Part shown: positions 8,810-21,198 of the stretch, piece by piece
How positions within the stretch are numbered: the stretch's first letter is position 1
Layout of the letters: each line of letters begins with the position of its first letter
Assembly: GCA_965203175.1 (NCBI GenBank)
Contig: OZ241867.1
Coordinates: 3,968,001-4,032,000, forward strand
Reading direction: 5' to 3'
Source: Candidatus Latescibacterota bacterium
GTDB lineage: Bacteria; Latescibacterota; UBA2968; UBA8231
DNA length: 64,000 nt
Made by a program: the position numbers and the translations under genes
Notes under the pieces: model-generated
The model's input: the letters and a program-made list of their open reading frames with translations, nothing else
The model's database searches: none
What the model was told of the DNA's origin: nothing

Positions 8810-9748
8810 ATGAACCAAATCGGGCCTTTCCCGATCAATAAGACCCACGAAGGAGATTGTCTAGAACTGATTCCGCAACTTCCGGACGAGTCCGTGAATA
8901 TAGTTGTGACGAGTCCTCCCTATTGGGGGCAAAGGCACTCAGAAGGGATCGGTATCGAAAAAGACCCGAGGGATTATCTACAGTTTCTCACGAAAGCCTT
9001 TGTGGAAGTTTTACCGAAGTTGAGACCGGAAGGGATTCTTTGGATCAATATAGGAGACGCTTACAACACCCCTGTGAACTGGAATCAGAAAGCATGGAAG
9101 TTCAGCACCTTGGGTGCAAAAAAACAAGGCTTTTCGGAAGACAATTCAGCGTACACCAAACCTCGGGCGCGGCGAAAAGCATTTATCGATAAGGATGAAA
9201 CGTGGCTTCAGTATGGCAATCTTCTGGCGCTCCCATATCGTCTTATTATCTCTCTTTGCGACGCGGGCTACTTGTTCCGGGGAGAAGTAATTTGGCGAAA
9301 GAAAAATGCCATGCCTGAGGGCCGCTGCCGACGCCCGCATCGTCAACACGAATCGATTTACTTGCTGACAAAGAGCGAGCGGCATGGTTTTCGCGTAACA
9401 CCTCCGATTAAGAGCGTGTGGGAGTTCGCAAACGAGAAGATTGACGGGCTCAAGCATTTCTCACGCTTCCCCAAGGAATTGCCAATTCGTTGCATTAAGG
9501 CGTACGGAACCTGTGGAGAAGATGTTGTGGTTTTAGATCCGTTCTCTGGATCGGGCACTACAGGAATCGCGGCACTGACCCTTGGCTGTTCCTACATAGG
9601 ATTTGAAGTTGACCCCGAGCAAGTTCAGGCCTCCAACAAACGCTTAGAGGAAAGCAAAGGGCCAAATTTGGAATTATTTCCGAAATCGGAGACTCTCCGA
9701 AACGACGAACCTAGTGAAGGCATCGTCCGGGTCGGTGAAGTCACATGA
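8810..9748 (+). CDS. Site-specific DNA methyltransferase, beta class, probably N4-cytosine
   Basis: Catalytic TSPPY near the N-terminus, SAM-binding VLDPFSGSGTT near the C-terminus; lower GC than flanks. Confidence 0.9.
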   Translation: MNQIGPFPINKTHEGDCLELIPQLPDESVNIVVTSPPYWGQRHSEGIGIEKDPRDYLQFLTKAFVEVLPKLRPEGILWINIGDAYNTPVNWNQKAWKFSTLGAKKQGFSEDNSAYTKPRARRKAFIDKDETWLQYGNLLALPYRLIISLCDAGYLFRGEVIWRKKNAMPEGRCRRPHRQHESIYLLTKSERHGFRVTPPIKSVWEFANEKIDGLKHFSRFPKELPIRCIKAYGTCGEDVVVLDPFSGSGTTGIAALTLGCSYIGFEVDPEQVQASNKRLEESKGPNLELFPKSETLRNDEPSEGIVRVGEVT

Positions 9749-10837
9749 ATAAATTCGTGCCTTTGCTAGGGGGGTATCGGGAGGAGTTGGACGAGTGTTC
9801 CTATTGTAAGAAAAGCATGCTGAGAAAAAGCCGTCGCTTTCTATGTCTTTTCTCTTAGCGTTCCTTTGATCCTGACCTTCTCCGGTAAAAATTTTCCCCA
9901 ATTCGCCGCGATTGACGGGTTCAGGACTAGGGAAACTCTTGCAATCCATCGTCCATAGCGGGGAAATGTAGCTAGCATCAACGAGTGCTTGACTCATAGG
10001 AACATCGTCTGTTCGGCGTTCCGCAAAACTCGCCTTGACGTGAACGACCCCAATCATCCGTTCGTTTGCTCCCTCGCCGACCGTTAGCATAATATCCACT
10101 TTGTCTGGTTCAAGGCGGTGACCAACGTCGATACCGCAAAGAATCCTCGCCTTACGCTCGGAATCTTTACGTACCATGTTGATCCCTTGTTTTGCCAAAG
10201 TATCACCGTAATGCTTTTCGAGAACCAACTCCAAGGCCCAACCAGCAGTTCGTTTCCAGCTTTGCGCAAAGTCTAAGCGAGCATACTGGGCAGGATGGTT
10301 GTATGGGTCACAGTAGGCGCGATATACGAGAAACCACCAGAGATCGGAGGGGTTAGCTTGAGGCCAGAGTTCAACGGCTTTCATGAACGCATTGGCCACA
10401 CTTTCCATCTTAATCGTCTCGGCTCGCGGCTCTCCAATCCCAGAGTCGGCGAGCTGAGCGAGTCCATTTCGCAACGTTAGAACTATTTCCGTGAACTGCT
10501 CCACGGTAGCACCTTCAAGGCGGTACGTAGCATCGTATTCACCATAGGGAAAGTGAAGAATGAGGTCATTGTCGACTTCTTCTGGAGTAATTGAGCGTTT
10601 TATGGACGGAGCGTTCCCGTCTATGCCTTCTGCAAGGTCGCTCAGAGTTTTGCCATAGAGTGAGAGCAGAGACATAACCACATCAAGACCGGGGAGGGCC
10701 GCACCGCTCTCGAACGCGTGGATCCACCCTGGCCCCAAAACAAGGTTACTTTCGACCTGCTCAGGCTCAAGTTGGGATTCCTGACGAAATGTATGCAGTC
10801 GCCGGAAAAGCTGTGAGAGGTAATCGCTACGGGTCAT
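9674..10837 (-). CDS. Putative type II restriction endonuclease with N-terminal XRE-type HTH
   Basis: HTH-like N-terminus (RLHTFRQESQLEPEQVE...WIHAFESG...PGLDVV); QSWKRTAG..LE, PDKVD and VHVKASFAERR PD-(D/E)xK-like motifs; convergent with the MTase; ATG 2 nt after the polX stop. Confidence 0.7.
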   Translation of the reverse strand: MTRSDYLSQLFRRLHTFRQESQLEPEQVESNLVLGPGWIHAFESGAALPGLDVVMSLLSLYGKTLSDLAEGIDGNAPSIKRSITPEEVDNDLILHFPYGEYDATYRLEGATVEQFTEIVLTLRNGLAQLADSGIGEPRAETIKMESVANAFMKAVELWPQANPSDLWWFLVYRAYCDPYNHPAQYARLDFAQSWKRTAGWALELVLEKHYGDTLAKQGINMVRKDSERKARILCGIDVGHRLEPDKVDIMLTVGEGANERMIGVVHVKASFAERRTDDVPMSQALVDASYISPLWTMDCKSFPSPEPVNRGELGKIFTGEGQDQRNAKRKDIESDGFFSACFSYNRNTRPTPPDTPLAKARIYSCDFTDPDDAFTRFVVSESLRFRK

Positions 10838-10839
10838 GT

Positions 10840-12534
10840 TTAGCTTTGGAACCAAGCGGCAATGGCTTCGCGGCTGAGCGCGTTGGGGATGTCGGCGGCG
10901 CGGAGCCAGCCCTTGCGGGCAATGCCGATACCGTAGCCGAGATGGTCCAGGCCACCGACGCTGTGGGCGTCGGTGTTGACGGCGATTTGGACGCCGCGGT
11001 CGCGCGCCTTTTTGACGTGCCGCCAGTCGAGGTCGAGTCGCGACGGGTGGGCGTTGATTTCGAGGGCGACCCCACAGCGGGCGGCAGCTTCGATGATTGG
11101 GTCCATATCGACGGCATAGCCTTCGCGGTTGAGGAGCAAGCGCCCGGTTGGATGGCCGACGATGGTGGTCGCCGGATGCTCGATGGCGCGGACGATGCGG
11201 GCGGTCATAGCGTCGCGGCTCAAGTTGAACTGCGAATGGACCGAGGCGACTACGAAGTCGAATTGGGCGAGCAAGTCGTCGTCGTAGTCGAGCGAGCCGT
11301 CGCCGAGGATATCCGACTCAATGCCCTTGAAGATGCGGAAGGGAGCCAATTCCTCGTTGAGCTGGTCGATTTCCTCCCATTGGCGCTGGACATCCTCAAC
11401 GCGAAGCCCACCGGCGTAGGCTGCGGCTTGGCTGTGGTCGGCAATGCCCATGTACTCAAAGCCGTGTTCTTGCACGGCGTGGGCCATGGCCTCCAAGCTA
11501 TCGGCCCCATCCGAATAGGTCGAATGCACGTGGAGCATACCGCGAATGTCGGCGGCTGTTACCAACTCAGGTAGTGTGTCGGCGGCTGCGGCCTCGACTT
11601 CGCCTTGGTTTTCGCGCAACTCCGGCGGGATGTAGGCGAGGCCCAAGGCGGCGAATAAAGCCGCTTCATCCGCGCACTCGATGCGCTCGTCGCCGCGCCA
11701 GAGTCCGCGTTCGTCGAGGACTAGCCCGCGCTCTGCGGCTTTGGCGCGCAGTGCGACGCGGTGTTCCTCGCTGCCTGTGTAGTAGTGTAGGGCCGCAGAG
11801 AAGGCATCGTCTGAGACTATATGCAGGTTGGCTTGTAGCCCACTGGACAGTCGTCCTGCGCCCGGTGAGGAGACTTCGGCTATATCCGGATGGGAGCCAA
11901 AGGCCGCAGTCGCGGCCTCGGCGTCGGTGGTGCTGATTACGAAGTCGAGTTGCTGGACTGTTTCTCGCGCTCGGCGCAGCTCTCCGGCGATGGCAAAGTG
12001 CTGCGCGTGGGAGCACAGGGTTGTGAGCAGACTTTGGGCGCTCTGGTGTGCGCTATCGACGCGGCAGTGGCCCTCGTGGGCGCGAATGAACCCGACGCCC
12101 TTGAGAATGGTTGCCTGGGTCTTGGAGCCAAAGCCCTTGAGGGCGGCGAGTTGGCCGTCGCGACAGGCTTGTTCGAGGGCGTCGAGGGTCTCAATGCCGA
12201 GGGCCTTGCGGATGGCGACGATCTTGCGCGGCCCCAAGCCGGGGACTCTCAGCATGTCGAGCAGCCCCTCCGGCGTTGCGGCCCGCAGGTCTTCATAAGC
12301 TTGGGCCGTGCCGGTGTCGGCCAACTCGGCGACTAGTTCAGCCACGCTGTCGCCGATACCTTTGACCTCGGTTAGAGTCCCGGCGGCGAGAAGTTCGTCA
12401 AGAGGGGATGTTAGGGTTTCGAGGGCGCGCACGGCATTGGCGTAGGCGCGCACCCGGAAGGGGGAGGCTCCGCTGAGTTCGAGGAGGGTGGCGTACTCTT
12501 CGACAAAATCCGCTGCGATCCGGGCCGTTATCAT
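10840..12534 (-). CDS. polX: DNA polymerase X family / PHP exonuclease, non-canonical polymerase site
   Basis: FRVRAY, HhH KGIG and VPGLGP, YTGSEEH, PPELRE; PHP HVHSTYSDG, DHS, GIESDI, HPTGRLL, NTDAH; start at ATG 12534 overlapping the upstream stop. Confidence 0.92.
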   Translation of the reverse strand: MITARIAADFVEEYATLLELSGASPFRVRAYANAVRALETLTSPLDELLAAGTLTEVKGIGDSVAELVAELADTGTAQAYEDLRAATPEGLLDMLRVPGLGPRKIVAIRKALGIETLDALEQACRDGQLAALKGFGSKTQATILKGVGFIRAHEGHCRVDSAHQSAQSLLTTLCSHAQHFAIAGELRRARETVQQLDFVISTTDAEAATAAFGSHPDIAEVSSPGAGRLSSGLQANLHIVSDDAFSAALHYYTGSEEHRVALRAKAAERGLVLDERGLWRGDERIECADEAALFAALGLAYIPPELRENQGEVEAAAADTLPELVTAADIRGMLHVHSTYSDGADSLEAMAHAVQEHGFEYMGIADHSQAAAYAGGLRVEDVQRQWEEIDQLNEELAPFRIFKGIESDILGDGSLDYDDDLLAQFDFVVASVHSQFNLSRDAMTARIVRAIEHPATTIVGHPTGRLLLNREGYAVDMDPIIEAAARCGVALEINAHPSRLDLDWRHVKKARDRGVQIAVNTDAHSVGGLDHLGYGIGIARKGWLRAADIPNALSREAIAAWFQS

Positions 12535-13316
12535 TGCTTTTGCTCGTGCATTAGGTGGAGAATGTGCGATACCAGCGTCGCGTTGCCCGCGGCGAGTCCA
12601 CCGGGGATGAGGGTATCGGCTTGGTTGTAGGTCCGCACTTGGTGGCCGCACGTGTGCATGAGTCCGCCGGCCTCGCGCACTAACAGGTCGCCGGCGCAAA
12701 CGTCCCACTCGTTTTTGTCTTGGATGCTAAAGTTGAGGTCGCAGGCTCCCGCCGCCACTAGGGCCAGCTTGTAGGCGACGCTGCCGACGGGACGGATTGC
12801 GCCAAGGTGCGGGCGAAAGGGGTCGATCCCGCCGCGTTTGGTCTCGCTGCGGCTGACGACGGCTGTGGCTTGGCTGAGGGATTGGACCTCGCTGCAAAAC
12901 ACGCGCTGACCGTTGCGGAAGGTGCCGCTGCCCGAGACGGCGGCGAAGATTTGCTCCTGCGCGGGATTGTAGATAACCGCCAGAGTCGGCGCGCCGCCTT
13001 CGACTAAGGCCACGGCAACTACGTATTCGGGAATGCCTTCGACGAACTCGCGGGTGCCGTCGATTGGATCGACGATCCACACGGCTTCTTTTGCGAGACG
13101 TTGGCGATCATCGACGGTCTCTTCGGAGAGCCAGCCGCAGTCTGGGCGCAGATCCCGCAGGGCTTTTTTGAGGTAGGCGTCGGCTTGGAGATCTGCCGCG
13201 GTCAGCGGATCGTTCCTGTCTTTGTAGGCGATCTCAAGTGGTCCGCCAAAGTACTGCAAGGTCAGTGCCCCGGCCTCGCGGGTGGCTGCTATGGCTTGTT
13301 GGAGTTGGGTCTGCAT
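12531..13316 (-). CDS. cysQ: 3'(2'),5'-bisphosphate nucleotidase CysQ / inositol monophosphatase family
   Basis: PLTAAD, WLSEE, WIVDPIDGTREF, EWDVCAG..LV.EAGG. Confidence 0.8.
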   Translation of the reverse strand: MQTQLQQAIAATREAGALTLQYFGGPLEIAYKDRNDPLTAADLQADAYLKKALRDLRPDCGWLSEETVDDRQRLAKEAVWIVDPIDGTREFVEGIPEYVVAVALVEGGAPTLAVIYNPAQEQIFAAVSGSGTFRNGQRVFCSEVQSLSQATAVVSRSETKRGGIDPFRPHLGAIRPVGSVAYKLALVAAGACDLNFSIQDKNEWDVCAGDLLVREAGGLMHTCGHQVRTYNQADTLIPGGLAAGNATLVSHILHLMHEQKQ

Positions 13317-13381
13317 GAGAGCATTCGAAAATAGGGGTTAGAGTTGGGGAGAGCAATGGACTGAATCGGGGCCATGGCGGC

Positions 13382-13411
13382 TTGACAAGACGAAGAGGCG
13401 TCGGGTAGATT
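13382..13411 (+). promoter_or_regulatory. Sigma70-type promoter
   Basis: TTGACA 13382-13387, 18 bp, TAGATT 13406-13411. Confidence 0.45.
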
Positions 13412-13447
13412 GATAGAGCAGAATCGACAATTTCAAACGAGGTGAAA

Positions 13448-14074
13448 ATGCGTTGGATACTATGGTTTTGGCTGCCGGTGATTTTGCTGGTGGCAAGCGG
13501 GGCCGAGGCGGCCATGGAGACCGAAGAGGTGCGGAGTCTGCTGGAGAAGATGCAGGCCGAGGAGGCATGGGGCGAAGCTGTGCTTACTGATGGCCGAGTG
13601 CGCTCGTTGCGCGTGGAGGAGCTTGAGGCGGATTCAGTGGCAGTCGTCGAGGTCGTCGGTGCCTTGCAGGAGCGGGAGGCCGCGTATGCGCTAGCTGAAA
13701 TTCGCTCCCTGCGCTCGCTGGGGACGTATCGCATTCAGGCGCGCCACGCCGCGTATCGACAGCCAAAGTCCGGGCTGTTGGCCTTTCTGCTGGAGCTACC
13801 CGTGCCGGGCGCGGGCTATTTCTACATTGGGGAGCACAAGCAGGGGCTCGCGCTCATGGGTTTGACGGTGACGGCTGTGGGGACGGCCGTTCTGACGGGT
13901 TCAGACACCGCGGCCGGTTGGGTGCCGCTGTCGGCGTGGGTCAAGATCGCGTCGTTGTTTCATCTGCGCGACCAAGTCCAAACCATCAACAAGTTAGCCA
14001 AAAACGTAGAACTGGGCGCTCTGCCCGGGCGCGAAGCCGCCGTCCCCGCCCTGCGGCTGAAGCTGGATTTTTAA
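13448..14074 (+). CDS. Exported/membrane hypothetical protein
   Basis: Signal peptide; KSGLLAFLL...PGAGYFYIG (TM2-like) motif; C-terminal Phe. Confidence 0.65.
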   Translation: MRWILWFWLPVILLVASGAEAAMETEEVRSLLEKMQAEEAWGEAVLTDGRVRSLRVEELEADSVAVVEVVGALQEREAAYALAEIRSLRSLGTYRIQARHAAYRQPKSGLLAFLLELPVPGAGYFYIGEHKQGLALMGLTVTAVGTAVLTGSDTAAGWVPLSAWVKIASLFHLRDQVQTINKLAKNVELGALPGREAAVPALRLKLDF

Positions 14075-14120
14075 CGGCTGCAAGAGGGCTATGCTGGCCC
14101 TGTGCTTGACTAGATACTCG

Positions 14121-14148
14121 ACCGGCCCTTGCGGGGGCCGGTTTTTTT
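14121..14148 (+). terminator. Rho-independent terminator
   Basis: ACCGGCCCT-TGCG-GGGGCCGGT stem followed by a T run. Confidence 0.85.
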
Positions 14149-14224
14149 ATGCCCTCCCAACGCGGCCGATCCAAGCCCTTAGATCCATGGCCAAGCTGAG
14201 GAAGGTGGGTACACTGCGGTCCGA

Positions 14225-15115
14225 CTATACACACCCCGGGAACTCGCGCCCACGGATCAGGGGCCAGCCGTTGACAGGTTCCGACCCGACAAGGCAACCG
14301 CGCTGTTTAAGGCGTTCGGTCTCTTCCGGTGTACCGATGTAACGCGTGTCCGAAGAGACGTAGTGAATCGACCAGCCTCGCCGCCGGTACGGCGTTGTAT
14401 TCGGGCCGCTGCAATGGAGTGCCAGGCTGTGGTGAAAGGTCGCATCACCCGCCTTCAGTGGAACAGCGACCTCTTGGGCGAGCACATCCTCTGTCAGCAT
14501 GTAGGGGAGATGGTCCCAGTTGACGAGGCCGAAGTGGTGGCTGCCCGGGATGAAACGCACACAACCGTTCTCGACAGTCGCATCGTCGAGCAGGACCTGG
14601 CATGTGACCTGGAAGTTGCTCGCGAAGAAGGCCCAGAAAATGGAATCCTGATGGTAGCGATTCGCTTTGGCGTATGGCGGCTTCGCAAAGACCTGGTCGT
14701 AGTAGAGCTTGATGTCCGGCCCCATCAGGGATTCGATGATGTCGACGATTTTGGGGCTTCGTACAAACGCATTGAAAACCGAATGGTGGTACGAAGGCAG
14801 GTTGAGATGACTTACCGTATCCAGCGGGTCCTCAACCGACGTGCGATCTTCTGGAGCGGTTACTTCCCCTTTCGGGTAAACCTGAGTGCCGCGTCGGTCA
14901 TGTCGGCTTCCGTGAGGAGTGGGCGGTTCCGCGGCTTGAGCCGTTCCCGGAGTGTGGTGAGAGACGTTGCCTTCCGGGTAGTCGGGGACGCGACCGAGCG
15001 CAAGGTCGGCGTAGTGGTTGCGCAGGGTCTCGAGTTCTTCTGTGGTCAGCAGTTCTTTGACGACGATATAGCCGTCTTGGAAAAATTGGTTTTTCTGTTC
15101 TTTGGTCAAAGCCAT
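14225..15115 (-). CDS. Phytanoyl-CoA dioxygenase (PhyH) family Fe/2OG oxygenase
   Basis: FFQDGY, KPP, HQD, ENGC..FIPGSH, FHHSLALHCSGPN...RR. Confidence 0.9.
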   Translation of the reverse strand: MALTKEQKNQFFQDGYIVVKELLTTEELETLRNHYADLALGRVPDYPEGNVSHHTPGTAQAAEPPTPHGSRHDRRGTQVYPKGEVTAPEDRTSVEDPLDTVSHLNLPSYHHSVFNAFVRSPKIVDIIESLMGPDIKLYYDQVFAKPPYAKANRYHQDSIFWAFFASNFQVTCQVLLDDATVENGCVRFIPGSHHFGLVNWDHLPYMLTEDVLAQEVAVPLKAGDATFHHSLALHCSGPNTTPYRRRGWSIHYVSSDTRYIGTPEETERLKQRGCLVGSEPVNGWPLIRGREFPGCV

Positions 15116-15312
15116 GAGTGCCTCCGGATGGAAAGGTGCCGGGTGAGTGCGGCGATGATCTTCACCTGCCCCTGCAAACCGGGCATTGGGTCACATTCAC
15201 ACGAAAGGTCCGGAGCTCGCCAGCGGCCAGTGGTGGCAATACAACTGGTGAAGCCCGATTAGACCGCTACGTTGTCCGGGCCGTAGAAGTCGTTGACGGT
15301 CGGCCGGCTTCC

Positions 15313-15738
15313 CTATTCAGCCACCCAGACCCGTCTGAGCGGAACGTCGGGAGACTCGCACACACCGCCATAGATTGTCACGGCGGTGATTTTCTCGTTT
15401 TGAATCCGGCACAGGTGCACCTCAGTCGCTTCCAGACGTTTGCCATACAACGCTTCGGGCAGTCCGGGAAGAGGCTGGTTTACAATGCCCTTGTGGCGAA
15501 ACTCCACGGCGACCATCTCATCGTCTGCGATGACGTTGAGAATCTCGAGCCGCAGGTCCCGCTCTTCCTCGTGGCAGCCCCGCCAGAGCGCCACCATGTT
15601 ATCCGCGCCGCGGATGTCAAGTCCGCCGCCGACCATGGTTGCGTCGTCGGCGTACGTTTCGCGAAGGCGCTTCCAGTCAGAGGCGAAGGCGGCTTCGAGG
15701 GATTCGCGGGCGATACGCGCGTTTACACTAGAAGACAT
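15313..15738 (-). CDS. SnoaL/NTF2-like (ester cyclase) protein
   Basis: 141 aa; YADDA, IADDEMVAVEF, CRIQNEKIT pattern. Confidence 0.75.
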   Translation of the reverse strand: MSSSVNARIARESLEAAFASDWKRLRETYADDATMVGGGLDIRGADNMVALWRGCHEEERDLRLEILNVIADDEMVAVEFRHKGIVNQPLPGLPEALYGKRLEATEVHLCRIQNEKITAVTIYGGVCESPDVPLRRVWVAE

Positions 15739-15769
15739 TGGTACGACCTCCGGAAAATGAAATCGGGAT

Positions 15770-16837
15770 TCAATCGTTATTGAACGCGGGCGCGACCTGT
15801 TCCGAGAACATCCGCAGGGACTTGCAAACTAGGTCGGGGCTCAGGTCGCCAATGCGGGTCCATCCCATAAAGTTCTGCAGTCCCGTGTGTTTCTGGATCC
15901 AACCGATTTTTTCGGCGACAAAGTCCGGATCGCCTACGATGGCGTGATCGGCCAGGATCTCGTCGAAGGTGATGTTCGAGAACTTCTGTTTCAGTCCCTG
16001 ATAGAATTCCATCTGACCGGGAGGTGCCATTTCCGGCGGCGGCGCGATCACCTCGGCAAGCAGGGTGCGGAAGTACCACATGAGTTGGTCGTGGCATTCC
16101 TCCCGGGCTTTCTGGCTAGATTCGGCCACATAGAGGAACCTCGCTAGGGGGAAGTCCAGTTTGCCCGACATTCCGCACGCGTCCGCGGTCTTGTGGTACG
16201 ACTCGTAGAGCTGGAAAACCTCGTCGTAGGGGTGCAGGAACGAGGTCAGGACGTTATAGCCGTTTTTTATGACCCATTCGTACGTGGAGGGACTCACCGC
16301 GGCAACGTAAACCGGCGGGTGGGGCTGTTGTACGGGCTTTGGGATGACGTTGACTTTCCTGACCTTGTGAAACTTGCCGTCGTATTCGACAGGGCCCGTC
16401 CAGGCTTTCAGGATGATTTCCAGTTCTTCCTGAAACCGTTCGCGGCTTTCCTCGAGGTCGATTCCCCAGTTGTAAAATTCCTCAGCCTGATAACCGCGCC
16501 CCACGCCGAAGAGGAGCCGCCCTTTCGACATGATATCAACGGTGGCGAAGTCTTCCGCGACAATGACGGGATTGTGGAAGGGCAGCACGACAACCGCGGT
16601 GCCGATCTTAATGCGTTCGGTAATGGCCGACGCGTACGCGGCCATGGTATGGATGGACGATGTGATCGAATAGTAGTTGGCCCCCGGTGCCTTATGGTCG
16701 AAATGGTGTTCCGCCAGCCAGATGGCGTCCCAGCCCGTTTCGTCCATGAGTTTGAACTGTTCGAACGCTTCGTGATAAACTTGCATGTGGTCCTTGCCGG
16801 GCGGGGTTTCCAGCAGATAGAATTGGCCGAATTTCAT
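15770..16837 (-). CDS. LLM-class (luciferase-like) flavin-dependent monooxygenase
   Basis: WLAEHHF, IKIGTAVVVLPFHNP..VAED.AT.D..S.GR..GVGRGY, PKPVQQPHPP; RBS GGAGAG before ATG 16837. Confidence 0.92.
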   Translation of the reverse strand: MKFGQFYLLETPPGKDHMQVYHEAFEQFKLMDETGWDAIWLAEHHFDHKAPGANYYSITSSIHTMAAYASAITERIKIGTAVVVLPFHNPVIVAEDFATVDIMSKGRLLFGVGRGYQAEEFYNWGIDLEESRERFQEELEIILKAWTGPVEYDGKFHKVRKVNVIPKPVQQPHPPVYVAAVSPSTYEWVIKNGYNVLTSFLHPYDEVFQLYESYHKTADACGMSGKLDFPLARFLYVAESSQKAREECHDQLMWYFRTLLAEVIAPPPEMAPPGQMEFYQGLKQKFSNITFDEILADHAIVGDPDFVAEKIGWIQKHTGLQNFMGWTRIGDLSPDLVCKSLRMFSEQVAPAFNND

Positions 16838-16877
16838 TGGAACTCTCCTGAGGTTTCGCGACAATGAATAAGGCACC

Positions 16878-16913
16878 GATATAGGTATATCAATTCGCTG
16901 AAACTGTTGTCAA
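16878..16913 (-). promoter_or_regulatory. Promoter with overlapping palindromic operator for the LLM-SnoaL-PhyH unit
   Basis: TTGACA (minus strand, 16913-16908), TATACC -10, inverted repeat GATATA-GG-TATATC 16878-16891. Confidence 0.45.
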
Positions 16914-16966
16914 GGGTCCGCCGGTCAGGGCGGCGACGATCCGCAGGCGCCCGCCACAGGCCGCCC

Positions 16967-20110
<3,144 letters not shown>

Positions 20111-20116
20111 GGCAGA

Positions 20117-21127
20117 CTATGGTTGCCGGCGGATGATGCGCACGGCTTGGCCGTCCGTCAGCCGCTCATTGCCGCGCACCACGGTTAGATCGCCGGGTGC
20201 GAGTTCGCCCGTAACGGCCACGTAGCCCTTGTGCGCCAACCCGGTTTCGACGGGGCGGCTGAGGGCTTTGCCGTCGCGGGCGAGGTACACGACTTGTCCC
20301 TGCGGGCCGGAGACTAGGGCGTCCTTATGCACTAGGAGCGATGCCTTGGCCTGCGCGATCTGGAAGCGCACTCGTGCGGACATATTGCTGCGCATCCGGC
20401 CTTGTGGATTGGCGGCCTCGACGATGACTGGGAAGGTGCGGGAGGAGGCGTAGCCCTCGGCGGAGATGGCGGTCACGATGCCGTCGATGGGGTCGTTGCC
20501 AAGGGCATCGACGACGATGGCGACGCGGTCGCCCAAGGCGAGCTGCGACACGTGGCGCTCGGGCACCTCGACGATCACGCGCACCGTGTCGATGGAGATT
20601 ACCTGCGCGATCTCGCCGCCGCGCCCGACCCACTGGCCAACCTCGGTAAAGGTGCGGGTGATGTGTCCGGAGAAAGGGGCGCGGACGAGGAGGTTTTCTA
20701 CTTGGGCCTGAAGGCCGGTTAGCTTGGCTTCGGCGCGGGCTAGTTCGTAGGCCTTGTTGCGCAGGTCATGCTCGGAGACAGAGTCGGTGGCGCGCAACCG
20801 GCGGCTGCGGTCGTGGTTGAACTGGCGCAGCGCGAAATCGGCTTGGGCTTCGGCCAGCGAGGCTTGGAGCGGATCGTTGGCCAGTGCGAAAAGGGGGTCG
20901 CCGGCGCGCACGGCTTGGCCAGCTTCCTTGAAGCGCTGGACCACTTGCCCCTCGGTCTCGGCAGCGACGCGGCTGGAGCGCACGGGCAGAATGCGCCCGA
21001 CAAAGGAGAGGTCTTCGACGAGCGGTTGTTCGAGGACTTCGGCGACGATGACCGCCGTTGGCGGGCGCTCTTGGCCTAGGAGCGCGCTGGGCAGCAAGGT
21101 CAGGAGCAGGAGGAAGACAGGGGACAT
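20117..21127 (-). CDS. RND periplasmic adaptor (membrane fusion protein)
   Basis: Lipoyl-like G..V..GD.L, VRAPFSG, V.TG, G...L.DG..V. Confidence 0.92.
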   Translation of the reverse strand: MSPVFLLLLTLLPSALLGQERPPTAVIVAEVLEQPLVEDLSFVGRILPVRSSRVAAETEGQVVQRFKEAGQAVRAGDPLFALANDPLQASLAEAQADFALRQFNHDRSRRLRATDSVSEHDLRNKAYELARAEAKLTGLQAQVENLLVRAPFSGHITRTFTEVGQWVGRGGEIAQVISIDTVRVIVEVPERHVSQLALGDRVAIVVDALGNDPIDGIVTAISAEGYASSRTFPVIVEAANPQGRMRSNMSARVRFQIAQAKASLLVHKDALVSGPQGQVVYLARDGKALSRPVETGLAHKGYVAVTGELAPGDLTVVRGNERLTDGQAVRIIRRQP

Positions 21128-21198
21128 TTAGATTTCCTCGGAGGCGTGAGAAGGCACCAAGAAAGGTAGGGGTTGGATTGAACCGCGACAATGGGGCG

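Noticed and set aside
10789-12336. Long plus-strand ORFs opposite polX (261, 156 and 148 aa)
   Set aside because: Antisense shadows of a GC-rich gene with no motifs; the same applies to most overlapping ORFs in the track (e.g. 5731-6669, 14363-15262, 30094-31122, 38668-39579, 51530-52456)
12535-12708. N-terminal extension of PolX in the ORF track
   Set aside because: Overlaps cysQ; ATG 12534 with ATGA coupling is the better start
14075-14120. Small hairpin AGGGCTA-TGC-TGGCCCT before the terminator as an sRNA
   Set aside because: Too short, with no promoter or recognisable family; compatible with an ordinary 3' UTR
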